Below, piece by piece: positions 36,710-49,578 of a stretch of DNA of 64,000 bases. Position 1 is the stretch's first letter; each line of letters starts with the position of its first letter. Source of the stretch: Podarcis bocagei (taxonomy: Eukaryota); assembly GCA_964188305.1 (NCBI GenBank), contig OZ076886.1. One strand, 5' to 3'. The notes beneath the pieces were generated by a model, which ran no database searches, was not told the origin of the DNA, and worked only from the letters and a program-made list of their open reading frames with translations. Position numbers and translations under genes: made by a program.

Positions 36710-38994
36710 CCATGGTAGATTTTTGCTCATATTCAAAGAAACAAACAAGGGAGGAAAAAAAAAACCAAAACTGCCTCATTTCTGAAAGCTGGATGTGATT
36801 CTTCTGATTATAGACAGTGTTGTGGCACCTTAAAGATGGCATAAGATGAAGTCCATGATCTTCTGATTATGTAAATGCAAAACCAACAAACCAAATCTAC
36901 TGAAGCTGTAAAGATTTAATGGACGTGAGAGGAGGATTTTGCAGTTTGTGTGTGTATGAAATTTGCAAACTTTGAACACTGCAAGTCAGGGAGAGTTAAT
37001 GCTATGAGCTGTTGTGCACAAGAGCAATGCAGAGGAAGGCCATCTCTTCCTGCTTGTGTTAGGGACCTGACCTTCTATTGAGGGTACAGCAGCTCTAAAA
37101 TTCAAGGAAGCTTTCTTGGCTTTTAGGGTGTGTCTATCAATAGCTCATTGAGTGAAGTTTTAAGGCTCCTCAGTGAAACTCCAGACTTCCTGCACTACTA
37201 GTACAGCATCCCTATGCTGAGGATCGCTTTAAGTAACAAAGCCTTAAAGGACTGGTTTTAAGAGCCCCACTTGCCTCATCTAGGATACTTGCTTTAGCTA
37301 CATAAACTCCCACAGCTGTAGCTAAAATGACCCTAAGGACTGGATTGAACAACCATTCTCTGGAATCAGCAATTGACTTTAATCACACCTCCCTCCCCTG
37401 TTTTCTAAACCAGTGCCATACATTCTCTCGCAAAGTGTAACTGTACAAAGTTGAGTTTTTTTAGTAGAATAGCTCTTTAACTGTGCTCATGAGGGCTCGT
37501 TCAAAGATAAGAAAGTTTAGATAACAATCCCAGTTTTGTTTCTTTTCTTCAAAGCCTGGTTTTCCACTCAGGTAGAAAAGCTCTTGTGCCTGGTCTTCCA
37601 AATGGAGTACCATTATACAAAAGAAGCAAGCAAATGAATTGGCATGTCAAATCTGTCTCCAAGAAACCAAAGTGCTTACTAAGGTAATGAGGATTTTCAT
37701 TTGAATAATTGGCAGCTGTTTGGCTTCAGACAAACCAGTGTGGCTCACAGTAGGTTGATATTCTGTTAGTATTTTTTTTTTAAAAATGGCAACTTGACAA
37801 CAATGGGTATTGCTTTCTGCCCATTCATGTTTTGATGCAACATTCACGTTCCTGCCTAACAAATATGCACAGAGTAGGAAGTGGTGTGGGCATGGGCTTC
37901 TTTTTGAAGGCTGTCTGATCCAAGCCTGTTTAAGCCTGATGAAAAGGAGAGCAGGAACCTTGAAGTGACACTTGGATGACACACCAGCAAGTCACCTGGT
38001 CAAAGCTCTTTCTGTTATGGTGAGATGCATTGTATTTCTATTTAAAATATTGCAATTATTTCTAACCTTACAACTATATGTAAACATATTCAAAGTTTAT
38101 GCTGAATTCTGCCCCCCCCCCCTTTTTGGTAGTGGGAATAGGCTGAATATTCAAATTACCTACTTTCTCCTGAATTTGCCTTTAGTAATTTAATGATAAA
38201 TTGCTTTATTAATAAATACCAATGTGCAGGGCTGGTTTTAGCCACTTTGACAGCCATTAGACTTTTGCCCCTTCTTTCTTTACAGCAGGTTAGGCCTCTG
38301 ATTTGTGCCTAAGTTTTTGCCTTCTTAACATGTGGGTCTATGTTGACATGGGCTCCAGCTTCTGTCAAGATCTCTAGCATAGGTTTCTCTCAGAGTGTGA
38401 TCATTATGTGAGATTAAATTGTCATTCTGTCCTTTACTGCTATCACCCAGATCTGTGGAATTATCTCCCAAAGGAGAACCATGTGGTTACATCTCACCTA
38501 GCCTTCAGGAAAGGCTGCCAAACACACTTTAAAAAGGGCACTTGACTCAGATTTGGCTTAATAAGAGTTTGTTGTTGTTCTGTATTGGCATTTCTTCTAA
38601 ACATAGGAGCTTCTGGAAGTTGTTTTTAAGTGTAGTAAGGAGATAAATCTGTAGAGAGGTGGGGTGCTAGTGACTGAGGTAGACAGTCATCTACCTCAAG
38701 CTATGCTCTTAGGCCTATTCTGAGCCTCTATGCAGACAGGGTCAGTATTGGAGAACTTTTCATTTCACTCACCAATTTCCTTCTTCCAGACTATGATGAC
38801 ATCAGCTGCACCCCTCCACCCATTTCCTCGCTATTAATTCCAGGAGTGTTAAATTCCTTCCCTACCCTTGTCATGCTTCTACTGGGACTCTTTGTAACAC
38901 TCCCTCCTTCCTGGTCTTTTATGTTCTGGTAAGAACAGATGCTTGTGCACTGAGAAGGTAAATTCTGTTGCAACTCAAGCAGCTATGCTGTACC

Positions 38995-38996
<2 letters not shown>

Positions 38997-39028
<32 letters not shown>
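38997..39028. repeat. (AC)n microsatellite
   Basis: Direct reading. Confidence 0.95.
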
Positions 39029-39030
<2 letters not shown>

Positions 39031-39049
39031 TAGTGAATATGCAAGAGGC

Positions 39050-39209
39050 CATGGGTATAGCCAGGATTTATGTTGTGGGAGCATGCTTTATGTTGGGGGG
39101 GGGGAGAACCAAGATCTGTGACCTCATTGGTCAGTTAAGTATTTTTATTTATTTACTTGATTTTGAGGGGCAAATGCCCTCCTCCTGCACCCTCCTGGCT
39201 ATGCTCATG
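39050..39209. mobile_element. hAT-type MITE, same family as 49579
   Basis: TIR CATGGGTATAGCCAGGA / TCCTGGCTATGCTCATG; TSD CAAG(A/G)GGC. Confidence 0.8.
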
Positions 39210-39234
39210 CAAGGGGCCAAGTTCAGTTTCTGGT

Positions 39235-39638
39235 TGTTGTTTAGTCATCTAGTCGTGTCCGACTCTTCGTGACCCCATGGACCAGAGCACACCAGGCACT
39301 CCTGTTTTCCATTGCCTCCCACAGTTTGGTCAAGTTCATGCTGGTAGCTTCGAGAACACTATCCAACCATCTCGTCCTCGGTCGTCTCCTTCTCCTTGTG
39401 CATCTTTCCCAACATCAGGGTCTTTTCCAGGGAGTCTTCTCATGAGGTGGCCAAAGTATTGGAGTCTCAGCTTCAGGATCTGTCCTTCCAGTGAGCACTC
39501 AGGGCTGATTTCCTTAAGAATGGATAGATTTGATCTTCCATGGGACTCTCAAGAGTCTCCTCCTCCAGCACCATAATTCAAAAGCATCAATTTTTCGGTG
39601 ATCAGCCTTCTTTATGGTCCAGCTCTCACTTCCATACA
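39235..39638 (-). mobile_element. BovB (RTE clade) 3' fragment
   Basis: Reverse complement of 43885-44310 with small deletions; TSD TCAGTTTCTGGT at 39223-39234 and 39639-39650. Confidence 0.9.
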
Positions 39639-39915
39639 TCAGTTTCTGGTATCTCCAGTTAAAAAGATCACAGATACCCAAGCTGGGAAAGATCCCTCAG
39701 CTTGGAGAGTCCAGTCAGAGTAGGTACTAATGGGCTAGATCAGGGATAGCTGATGAGTTGTTGCTGCAGCACAACTTCCACCATCCCTAGCTATTGGCTA
39801 TGATCATTAGAGCTTTTGGGAATTAGAGTCTAACAATATCTGAAGGGGCTAGATGGATTGATGGCTGATCTGGTTAAGGTTCCTGTTATCAAAGCATATT
39901 TTATTAAGTACCAGT

Positions 39916-40033
39916 TACAGATAGGTAGCCGTGTTGGTCTGCCATAGTCAAAATAAAAAAATTCCTTCCAGTAGCACCTTAAAGACCAACTAACTAACTT
40001 AGTTGGTATTTAAGGTTCTACTGGAAGGAATTT
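39916..40033. mobile_element. Penelope pLTR fragments in inverted (hairpin) arrangement
   Basis: Minus arm 39916-39993 and plus arm ~39997-40040; TTTTATTAAGTACCAGT duplicated at 39899-39915 and 40034-40050. Confidence 0.85.
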
Positions 40034-40449
40034 TTTTATTAAGTACCAGTAACTTTGGATCGGTGACTGTAGTTCACACCCCCGGATTATCAGAGCATCT
40101 CACTCACAATCAAGTGGTTGAATAGCTTGAGGCTTAGTTCATTTGAGGCATCTAATGTTTGTCCTTGCTGCCTCTCTTCTCTCTTCAAACACACTGGCTC
40201 AGATTTCATCAGGTCACCTTTAAAGAGGTAGCAGCCTGGTTGCTTTTTTCTTCTTCCCAAGACACTGACCTGGTATATACTGAGGGTCTAAAGGAGGTTT
40301 CCTCCTTTTCTATTAGTGTAAAAAAAGAGGAACAGTGAGCAGAAAGCTAAAAATGCAGATTGAACTGCCCTAACATCTCAAATTAGGGATTTTTTAAATA
40401 ATATAAATAGAAGCTGGGAAATGTTGATGAATAACCATGCAAATCTACC

Positions 40450-40630
40450 ATAAGAAGCTGCCTTATACCAAATCATACCATTGGCTCACTTAGCTCATTC
40501 TTGACTATATTTGCTGCCTTCTCCAGGGTTTGAGATATGGGACACTCCCAATCCTGCCTGCATATATCAGGGACTGAACCAGAGGCTTTCTGCACACAAA
40601 ACAGATGTTCTGTCATGGAACTACAACCCT
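40450..40630 (-). mobile_element. Old tRNA-headed SINE (Squam2-like)
   Basis: ATAAGAAGCTGCCTTATAC...CCATTGG tail and GGGACTGAACC...TTCTGCAC head; related to 43197-43370. Confidence 0.55.
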
Positions 40631-43196
40631 TCCTTTCTGTTTGGGCTCTTAAGTTTTCTATGGATTAATGTATCATATAAAAGCCATTGGGGTTGTAATC
40701 TTGATGAGTTCTAGACTTTGTGATCTCCCTTGTTCAGCTTCAAATTGGTAGATCTGACCACTGTTGTTGGTGACATCAAGATTACTCTTGCTTGAATTTT
40801 GCTTTGTGTGATAATCTATAGTCAATGTTCTTAAATGGTGTTGCAACATTATGGATAGATTTTGCTAGCAGCAGTTATTGTTACAGAGAGCTGTCTTTTA
40901 AAGGTGATTTACCGTCTCTGGCAAGGAGCCCACACTCAAAAGGCTGCAATTTTTTCAGAAGTAGAATATACTCATGGAGGGTGTATTTCATGCATTCAGC
41001 ATCGGAGCAGTGGAAAGCAGTAGAGACTTGAGCAAAATAATACCGTATATCCTGTGTCGATGTCAGTGCAGCCATAAGTCACAAGCTTTTAGAATTGGGG
41101 TGGTGGAATAATCCTTTTCCAGGTAACAAATAAAAATAATAATTTAAAAATGGCATTGTTCAGCCCATTTATGTTTGGAGAAGATAAAGGGGATTTACAA
41201 TGCAATCCTATGCATGCTTATTTGTAAGTAAGTTCCATTATGTCCAATAGGGTTTACTTCCTAGTTAAGTACCTGGCAGTCTAATAAAAAGGTTAATATA
41301 AAATAACCTGCCAACATATATTTTTAGCTCAAAGGGCATTACAGAGTCATAGAGGAAATTTCATTCCAGGTAACAAGTGATCTGTTATATACCTATCTAT
41401 CCTGTATTGTTTCCCTGGGACAAACTGCCTGTGTAATACTGCATAGATGCTAAAATAATGTATAGATTGGGCATAGCATAGCCTCATTTCAGACATGAGT
41501 ACTTCATGGACCTTAACAGAGGTGAGATTCTGAGCATATTTATAAAGATAAAATGTCACTATTGCTTGATAGAAATCCAATCATTTCATTAACATGTTTC
41601 CAAGATCAAGGGATGCATGGAGATTCTGTGAAATGCTGTCAGCACTGAACAGCTTTTCACTGAGAGTTGTTGCAATTAAGCTTCTTAAAATCCACATTTT
41701 CATTATTCATTAATGAGCTAGCTCAAAATTATACCCATCAGTTAATTAATGTTGTCACTCTGTCCATCCATCCTCATATATAGTGATATATTGTCCTGTA
41801 TCGCCACATATTTTTTCCCTGCTGCCTGTATTCAGTCTCACACTTTCTGCTTTTGTTTATGATCATGCTATACCTCTCAATATGAGATGCTTACATTTAT
41901 CCCAGAGCTGCACGCATTTCCAACGTTAAAATTTTATCCTGCATTTTGGGACTCTGTGGGGCTTTTCTTCAGTGCCTCCTCGGTGCCTGGCTAAAGTTCA
42001 GATTCTCCAGGCATTGTCTGAAAAACCACTATTCATAGCCAGATTAACCCTCAAATACCAGGCTACACATATTTGAGCATTTAGAGCATTCCTCCTGGAA
42101 TGGAAACCTTGCGAGCAACACTGGAAAGCCAAGACTTCCAGTACAAAAGAAGTGCATTGCCTTTGATCTATCAGGTTCGGTCATTTGTAAACAGCAATTA
42201 ATTGGCTTTGTCAGGCTGAGATCCTTATCATCTTTCGGTCTAATTTCCCCTGCTCGATACATTTCCTCCACTATAAAAATATTCATCACCTATCCCTGTC
42301 AGCACTGATTAAATCTAATGCTCCTCCTTTCAGCTCCTCTCCCAAGTGTGGTTGTAAAGCTGTCAGCCCAGCTGCTTGACAAGAACCAGGCCCCACTTCC
42401 TTCGTCTTTGTCTCCTGAAGGAGGGAAATATTTAGGTGTCATTGGGTGGGTGGCTGCTGTGGAAGCCAACGGACCTCAACCGATTCGTTGATTAGAGCCT
42501 GTGATAAGAGGAGAAGCATTTCCAGGGGGAGCAGCTGTGATATTCCTGGTATGGCAGGGACTAGGATTCCCTCCTCCTGAAAGGGCCTCTTCGGAGCCCA
42601 CTTTCTGCCTCTCAACACTCTGAATTCTTCTCAGTTGTCTGCTTGCCAACACTTGCAGCCTTAGGAGTGAGGAGATGACAGGAATATCAAACGTCTTGAG
42701 GGGAGGCACCTATGAGTCACAGAGGGACAGCAGCTGCTGCATCCATCAAGTGCCCTGCAGCCACTTGCATAAATAAAATATCTAAGCACTTGTAGACCTT
42801 GAAGATATTAGTTGATACAGGATTAAAGGGACAGAGCTTTCCTTGGCCTCTTTGATCTGCCATACTTCAGTATCTCCAGTGTTGAGGCCTTTGAGCCATT
42901 AAAATCCAATTACATGTGTTAAGTGCCCACTGAGGACATGCCTACATGGAGGTTTGTTGGTACTGGATCGGTGCTGTGTCAGCACATCTGATGGCATACC
43001 TTAGTGTGCACCTATGTGAACATGGCTTACTAAGATCCGCTGGATAAGCCCTGCTGGTATTAGGCTCACCATCCGGGGAGTTTCTCTGTCAATGACTCCT
43101 GGCCACAAATGACTTTGCGGCCACCATTGGAGGCAGTGTGATAACCAGTTGCTGAGAATCGCAAGTGGGAAGAGTGTTTCTTTGCATTCTATAGGG

Positions 43197-43370
43197 GACA
43201 TGGGAAGGTGCCTTATACCTAGGACAGGCCATTGGTCCAACTTGCTCAGCGCTGTCTACCCCGACTGGCAGTGGCTCTCCAGGGTTTCCGGAAAGGGATT
43301 CCTCCCAGACGTATTCTTGGGACCTTCTGCATGCAAGGTTAATGTTCTACCATTGAGCTATGATCCTTCC
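43197..43370 (-). mobile_element. Old tRNA(Ala)-like-headed SINE (Squam2-like)
   Basis: Minus strand TAGCTCAATGGTAGAACATT..TTGCATGCAGAAGGTCCCA head; CTGCCAGTC..GTAGACA..GCTGAGC body. Confidence 0.6.
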
Positions 43371-43516
43371 TTACAGCAGCTACTACTATGCTATAAGATC
43401 CACTGTCCTGTGATATCATATATGGTATGTACGGTTGTTGGCCGTATATTAATTTTGCTGTGAAAATGTGTGAGATTACGATATTGTATTTATTTGCATT
43501 ACCTAGAGTTGGTACT

Positions 43517-44309
43517 TTGTCCATGGAGTTTTCTTGGCAGGGATACTGGAGTGGCTTGCCGGTTCCTGCTCCAGGTGGATCACGTTTGGTCAAAACTCTC
43601 CACTATGATCTGTCCATCTTGGGTGGCCCTGCACGGCATAGCTCATAGTTTCTCTGAGTTATTCAAGCCCCTTCGCCACGGCAAGGCAGTGATCCATGAA
43701 GGGGCATGGATTTTACTTTCTTGGGCTCCATGATCACTGCAGATGGTGACAGCAGTCACGAAATTAAAAGACGCCTGCTCCTTGGGAGAAAGGCAATGGC
43801 AAACCTAGACAGTATCTTAAAAAGCAGAGACATCACCTTGCCAACAAAGGTCCGTATAGTTAAAGCCATGGTTTTCCCAGTAGTGATGTATGGAAGTGAG
43901 AGCTGGACCATAAAGAAGGCTGATCGCCGAAGAATTGATGCTTTTGATTTATGGTGCTGGAGGAGACTCTTGATAGTCCCATGGACTGCAAGAAGATCAA
44001 ACGCATCCATTCTTAAGGAAATCAGCCCTGAGTGGTCACTAGAAGGACAGATCGTGAAGCTGAGGCTCCAATACTTTGCCACCTCATGAGAAGAGAAGAC
44101 TCTCTGGAAAAGACCCTGATGTTGGGAAAGATTGAGGGCAGAAGGAGAAGGGGATGACAGAGGACGAGATGGTTGGATGGTGTTCTCGAAGCTACCAGCA
44201 TGAGTTTCACCAAACTGCAGGAGGCAGTGGAAGACAGGAGTGCCTGGCGTGCTCTGGTCCATGGGGTCACGAAGAGTCGGACACGACTAAACGACTAAAC
44301 AACAACAAC
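43517..44309 (+). mobile_element. BovB copy: inverted 5' leader (43517-43704, minus) joined to the 3' end (43705-44309, plus)
   Basis: FTFLGSMITADGDSSHEIKRRLLLGRKAM...YGSESWT...WTARRSN; (AAC)n tail; flanks AGAGTTGGTACT (43505-43516) and AGAGTTGTACT (44310-44320). Confidence 0.9.
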
Positions 44310-44927
44310 AGAGTTGTACTACTGATGAAGCCCAAGACGGGGAAACAAGGCTAATATTCCAGAAATCCTTGTCTTAGACTCTGTGAAAGGATTCTGTGGA
44401 ACTGCAGCAACCCTTCGTGTGGATTGTTCAACATTATGAACAGACAGGTGGAACAGACAGTTTCACATATATGGACCTCATGCATAAACTGATTAGAGAA
44501 TGAACTGATCCACTGGTTCTTCTACTTTTTTCGTTGAAATTTGAGTTACTCTCTTTTGAAATCTACAATTCAATATAATGAATAGTGCAAGGTTAATGTT
44601 CTACCACTGAGCTATGGTCCTTCCTTGAACAGTGGCATCTGGCTCACCACTGTGAGTTTAGGATGCTGGATTAGATGGGTCTGTTTCCTCATCCAGCAGG
44701 GCTCTTCTGATGTCCTTAAGAGCAAACAGCAGCATGAAAGGGCATGTATTAAGTCCTGCTTCTGCTATGGCATGCTCCTAAACCAGATCGAGTCCCACCC
44801 ATGGATGTTGTGTGCTGGCTGGAAAAGAGGAATATCCTAACTCCAAAATGCATTTCAAATCCTGTGTAGTACAATCCAATTTCATAAACTGCAAGCTTGC
44901 TCTGTTGGGCCTACACCAATTCCTGTA

Positions 44928-45166
44928 CAGTGTACAGGGTTAAGTACTTAATTTGTTCCGGAGGTCCGTTCTTAACCTGAAACTGTTCTTAACTTGAAGC
45001 ACCACTTTAGCTAATGGGGCCTCCTGCTGCTGCCGCGCCGCTGGAGCACGATTTTTGTTCTCACCCTGAAGCAAAGTTCTTAACCTGAAGCACTATTTCT
45101 GGGTTAGCGGAGTCTGTAACCTGAAGCGTATGTAACTTGAAGCGTATGTAACTTGAGGTACCACTG
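44928..45166. mobile_element. Tc1/mariner MITE, family A
   Basis: TA flanks, left TIR partly deleted, right GAGGTACCACTG. Confidence 0.88.
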
Positions 45167-46040
45167 TATTTCCACATGACTGATAGACAAAGAGGGGCTG
45201 ACAGGGAAGTTGGGAGGGATACATGTTCAGAGTAGTGGCTGAATCCCTATGAAGTAATGCCTCTGCTCTACAGTTGCTGGGAGAGATTGGAAAATAATTT
45301 TAGCCTAGTACACTTCCATTTGGTCACTAACGCATTGAACTTCAAAACAGAGCATTGATACACAGACACATCTTTATATAGGTATACTGTATGTATATAT
45401 GATCAGTGTGTGTCTTCCAAAGGACATATAGCAAAATATTAATCCACCAATAATGCCTGGAACACTTGTGCTGGAAAATCTGATACAGGTAGGCCTCAGT
45501 GCTAAACTTGGAGCATTATCCAGCTAATCAGCACGCTCTAGTGTTTTCTACTGAAATCAACTGAACTTAAAAAATTCCATTGAACTTCAAAAGGCTAAAA
45601 CAGTGAATGAATTGTGTCCGAGCAGATGCCTTTTAATTGCCCCTATTTGTGCTAGGAATTCCACTGTGGCCAAATGCTGAGAGGAATGGCCAAAGCAGGG
45701 AGCGGTGGGGGTGGGGAGTGGAATAGCAAGTTAATGCATGACAGCTTTTACTTTTTAAAAAAAATATATATAGAAACAAATGTGAAGGCTCTCCCAATGA
45801 GAAACACTGTGGAATTGTTTGTGCTTGCTGGGTGGTCTTCTTTTCTTTAATTGTTGCATGATAAATCAATTATGAAGTTCCTGAAGGCTCCTGTTGCTTT
45901 AAAAGATTGTATTTTGTGAGATTTATATGTTACTTTTCTGAAGATACGGCAGATAAACCATTGGCTAGGGTCACTAGATCAACAAATTTAGAATTAAAGA
46001 TTTATCTGGAACTACAGTTATTGATACAAGGTATACTCTT

Positions 46041-46042
<2 letters not shown>

Positions 46043-46098
<56 letters not shown>

Positions 46099-46110
46099 CA
46101 CACACACACA
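46043..46110. repeat. (CT)n(CA)n compound microsatellite
   Basis: Direct reading. Confidence 0.95.
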
Positions 46111-48130
46111 AAGTTTCCAACATTCAATCACATTCTAGAGAAGTGTAAATTTTTTTGGGGTGGAGGTGGAAGAAGCCCAGCCCCCTTAGCAAGTCCTTTT
46201 AGAGAGCTATAATGGGTCATGATTTGTCTAAAATTGTGGACAGGGAAGGCTTGTTATTTTCATTAAGGGCCCTTAATAAGCTGCACACTGATTTAAAGTA
46301 ATTGAGAAACAAAAAGTAGAGTGGAGCTACTGAGTAGCAGACTTTATTTGCAACTAGCAAAACACTGAATATAGGGTTGGAAGGGTTGGATAGGCTCCTG
46401 GGTAGATGTAGTGAAACTCTGTGGATTCTGTGTACTATGGCAGTCCTCTGCAGAATGCTATTTTGAGTCTTTTGGGCAAGGGCCAGGCAACCCAACTTCA
46501 AGGCCAGAGGGCAGACAAGATGGAAATATAGTTGATTGGTGGGTCATTGGTGGTTGATTGTTTTGGATACACCCCTGACAGCAGTGGCATAGCGTAGGTT
46601 GCCAGTGCCTGGGGCTGCATGAAGGAGTGGGAGGGAGGGGAACAGATGGAGTACACATGTACATTCAACTGCCTAATGCTGTCCATGTCACCCAGAAGAT
46701 CGCAGCCACAGAAATAAGAAAAGAATAGTCATTTCATTGTCTGGAGAGGTCGCTTCCTGGTTTGCATGAAGAAACCATTTTCAATGGAGCCCAGCAACAG
46801 AAGAACGTAGCTGTATTGAGGCAGCACCGGTTGTTGAAATTTTGTGCCTCTAACAATTTTGCTTCTAAGGAAAGCACTCTTGTGCCCCTGCCATGCTACA
46901 CCACTGCCTGACAGTAAGTGGGTGCTCCTTGATTCAGAGACAGAAGTTGTATAGAATCACTACTAGGTCAAGCTAATGCATCAGCTATGAGCCTGCTTGG
47001 ACAGAGGTGGCTTGGCTGCAGTGATGCCTGCTGTTAACTTCCAGAACCTGAGACACACCTGCATGCAAAGTGTGTGCTCAACTCTACCATTTAACTATGA
47101 CATGTTCCCATTTGACCTTCAGTTTGCTCAGCAAAGTTCTAATGGTAAAGTTGCTGCTCTCTTTTTTAGCTTTTGTTAATATTTTATGCCTACTTTTGTT
47201 GGAGAATTTTGATAGTAATTGAATTATTTTAGCTGATTGGTTTTTTCCTAAGAGTTGTTCTTTTTTTAAATCCACTTGGAAATTTTATACAAAGGGTAGA
47301 ATATATGTATTTTAAATTACATAACGCATTTTTGCAACAGATGTTCATTCCTGCTAAGATGGAGTTTCTGTGGGTCAATATCTTTGTAATATTAAAGAAT
47401 ATTACAGAAAACCCCACCTTTCCTGATGATGGGCATTTTGCTAGTTTCACTTAAGAAGCAATAATCTGTCCTGTGTGCCAGTTCTCTTTCACATACACAA
47501 GCCTGCACAAAGCTTTAAGCCTGCCAGTCTATTACACGCAAAACAAATCCAACTTTCCCAGGAATCAAATTGAGCAAACAAATAATAATTCCTTGTGATG
47601 GAAAGTGTATTTAGAATTGTAAGCAAAAATGAGTTCCATTATCTCACAGTGGTGAACTGGGTCCCTTGGCATATTTGTAAGTGCAGTTCAGACAGATTTT
47701 TTAAAATTATTTTTTTTTACTACAGGAGAAAAAGTAAGTGGCCTAACAATAACATTAATGCACACAGCAAGGTAGCATAAAATATTGATAAACCCAAAAG
47801 AAACAACGCAGCCCAAATCCAAAGAACAGAAGCGTTTTATTCCAAAAATAAAAAAATGCCACCCTCTTTACCCTGCTCCTTTGATTTTGCCCTCATTCTG
47901 TAACTAAAGCTGGTATGCTATGCATGTTATGCTTGCTATGGGGAGATAACTTCACCTTTATGCCAAAACTTCAACAATGTTGCACATTAATGCATATTTC
48001 TACCTTTGCTCCAGATATCTGCTGGGTTGGCTGCTGGCAGAGGTGTAGATACTAAGGATATAACTACCCTCAAAATAGAAAGAGCTGATAAGCCTTGCTA
48101 TGAAGTAGTGGAGAACTTGCCACAGGGATA

Positions 48131-48474
48131 CAGTGGTACCCGGCAAGACGAATGCCTCGCAAGACGGAAAACTCGCTAGACGAAAGAGTTTTCCGTTTTG
48201 GAGGTGCTTCGCAAAACGAATTTCCTATGGGCTTGCTTCGCAAGACGACAATGTCTTGCGAGTTCCTGCTGGTTTTTTTTCCTTCCCCCCCTTTTTCTAA
48301 GCCGCTAAGCCGCTTATCAGCTGATCCGATCAGCAGATAAGCCACTAAAAGCCGCTAATAGCGCTAATAGCGCTAATCCGCTAATCCTTCAATGGGCTTG
48401 CTTCGCAAGACGAAAAAACTGCTAGACAAAGAGATTCACAGAACGGATTCTTTTCGTCTTGCGAGGCACCACTG
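48131..48474. mobile_element. Tc1/mariner MITE, family C
   Basis: TA-CAGTGGTACCCGGCAAGACGAA...TTCGTCTTGCGAGGCACCACTG-TA; internal (GCCGCTAA)-like repeats. Confidence 0.88.
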
Positions 48475-49239
48475 TACTGTTTTTGATAGCATCTTTACAG
48501 CAAGATGTTGGGCATGAATGGGTATGTGGCTCTAAACTCCCTGACTGCTGTCTCTCAGGTGGATGTTTTAATAGTCAGTTTTACTACTAGGTCTTTTCCA
48601 CCCTTGTTCTCAGCCTGGAACCGCACTGGGAACCCTCTGGCCCATGGGCCTAATTAGGTCTGGTCCTGGTCCCAGTTTGGCCTGCAAGGCTGTTCTCCAC
48701 AAACCACACCCACATGCCCCACATCTGATACAAAGGAACTATTGGAAGCTCCCAGTTGTTTCCTTGTATACAGTGCTGGCAGAAACTCCACTGCGCAGCT
48801 AAATAGACCCACTTTGGCTATTTGTTTGAAGTCCTCTGTAGAGGGACACTCCACTTGGACTCCAAACAGAGTGTGTTATTCCTTCTGTTGGAAAGGGACC
48901 ACAAGGGTCATCTAGAGTCTTGCATCCAAACCACTGATCTCCAAACAGAACATTTTCCCCTTGGCTGGCAGATATCTGCAGAATACACAAAAAATGATTC
49001 ATTTGAAGGATCCACTTTCATGGCCAATCCATGGCAAGTAGCCAAGAGTCATCGAATATGCTTTTGAATACAATTGCTGAGGATCAAATGTGGCAGAGAG
49101 CTGTGGGCTTCCCATGGGCATCTTGTTGGAGACTATGGGAAATGGGGAGCTGGGACTGGACAGGCCTTTGGTCTATGCAGCAGCACTCCTCTTAGTCACA
49201 TACACTTCTTCTGTGTTAATATTTAAAACTTCCCTCATT

Positions 49240-49500
49240 GAGAGAAGCAAAGCTACAGGGAACCAGGCAGAGGGCCTTCTCGGTAGTGGCGCCCGCCCTG
49301 TGGAACACCAATCCATCAGATGTCAAAGCGATAAATAACTACCTGACATTCAGAAGACATCTTAAGGCAGCCCTGTTCAGGGAAGTTTTTTATCTGTGAT
49401 ATTTTAGTGTATTTTGGGTTTCTATGGAAGCCGCCCAGAGTGGCTGGGGAAACCCAGCCAGATGGGCGGGGTACAAATAATAAATGATGATGATGATGAT
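49240..49500 (+). mobile_element. L2 3' fragment with (TGA)n tail
   Basis: Very similar to the reverse complement of 3390-3630. Confidence 0.9.
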
Positions 49501-49578
49501 GTAGGGCTATGTGTGACCCAGAATCTGTGCAACAATCAAGCATAGTTTCACAACATCAGTAATGCTAAGACACAGGTA

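Noticed and set aside
36562-36781. Possible minus-strand exon with Kozak ATG, (CAG)n and a GTGAGT donor
   Set aside because: The ATG frame stops after about 12 codons and there is no recognisable protein.
43756-44262. 168-aa minus-strand ORF
   Set aside because: Antisense shadow of the BovB RT region.
47726-47733. 8-nt microexon candidate (TACAG|GAGAAAAA|GTAAGT)
   Set aside because: Not frame-preserving, no upstream TGC enhancer, and no partner exons identified.
48296-48386. Short repeated GCCGCTAA units as a CRISPR-like or satellite array
   Set aside because: Internal minisatellite of a TA-flanked MITE with no spacers, in a eukaryotic context.
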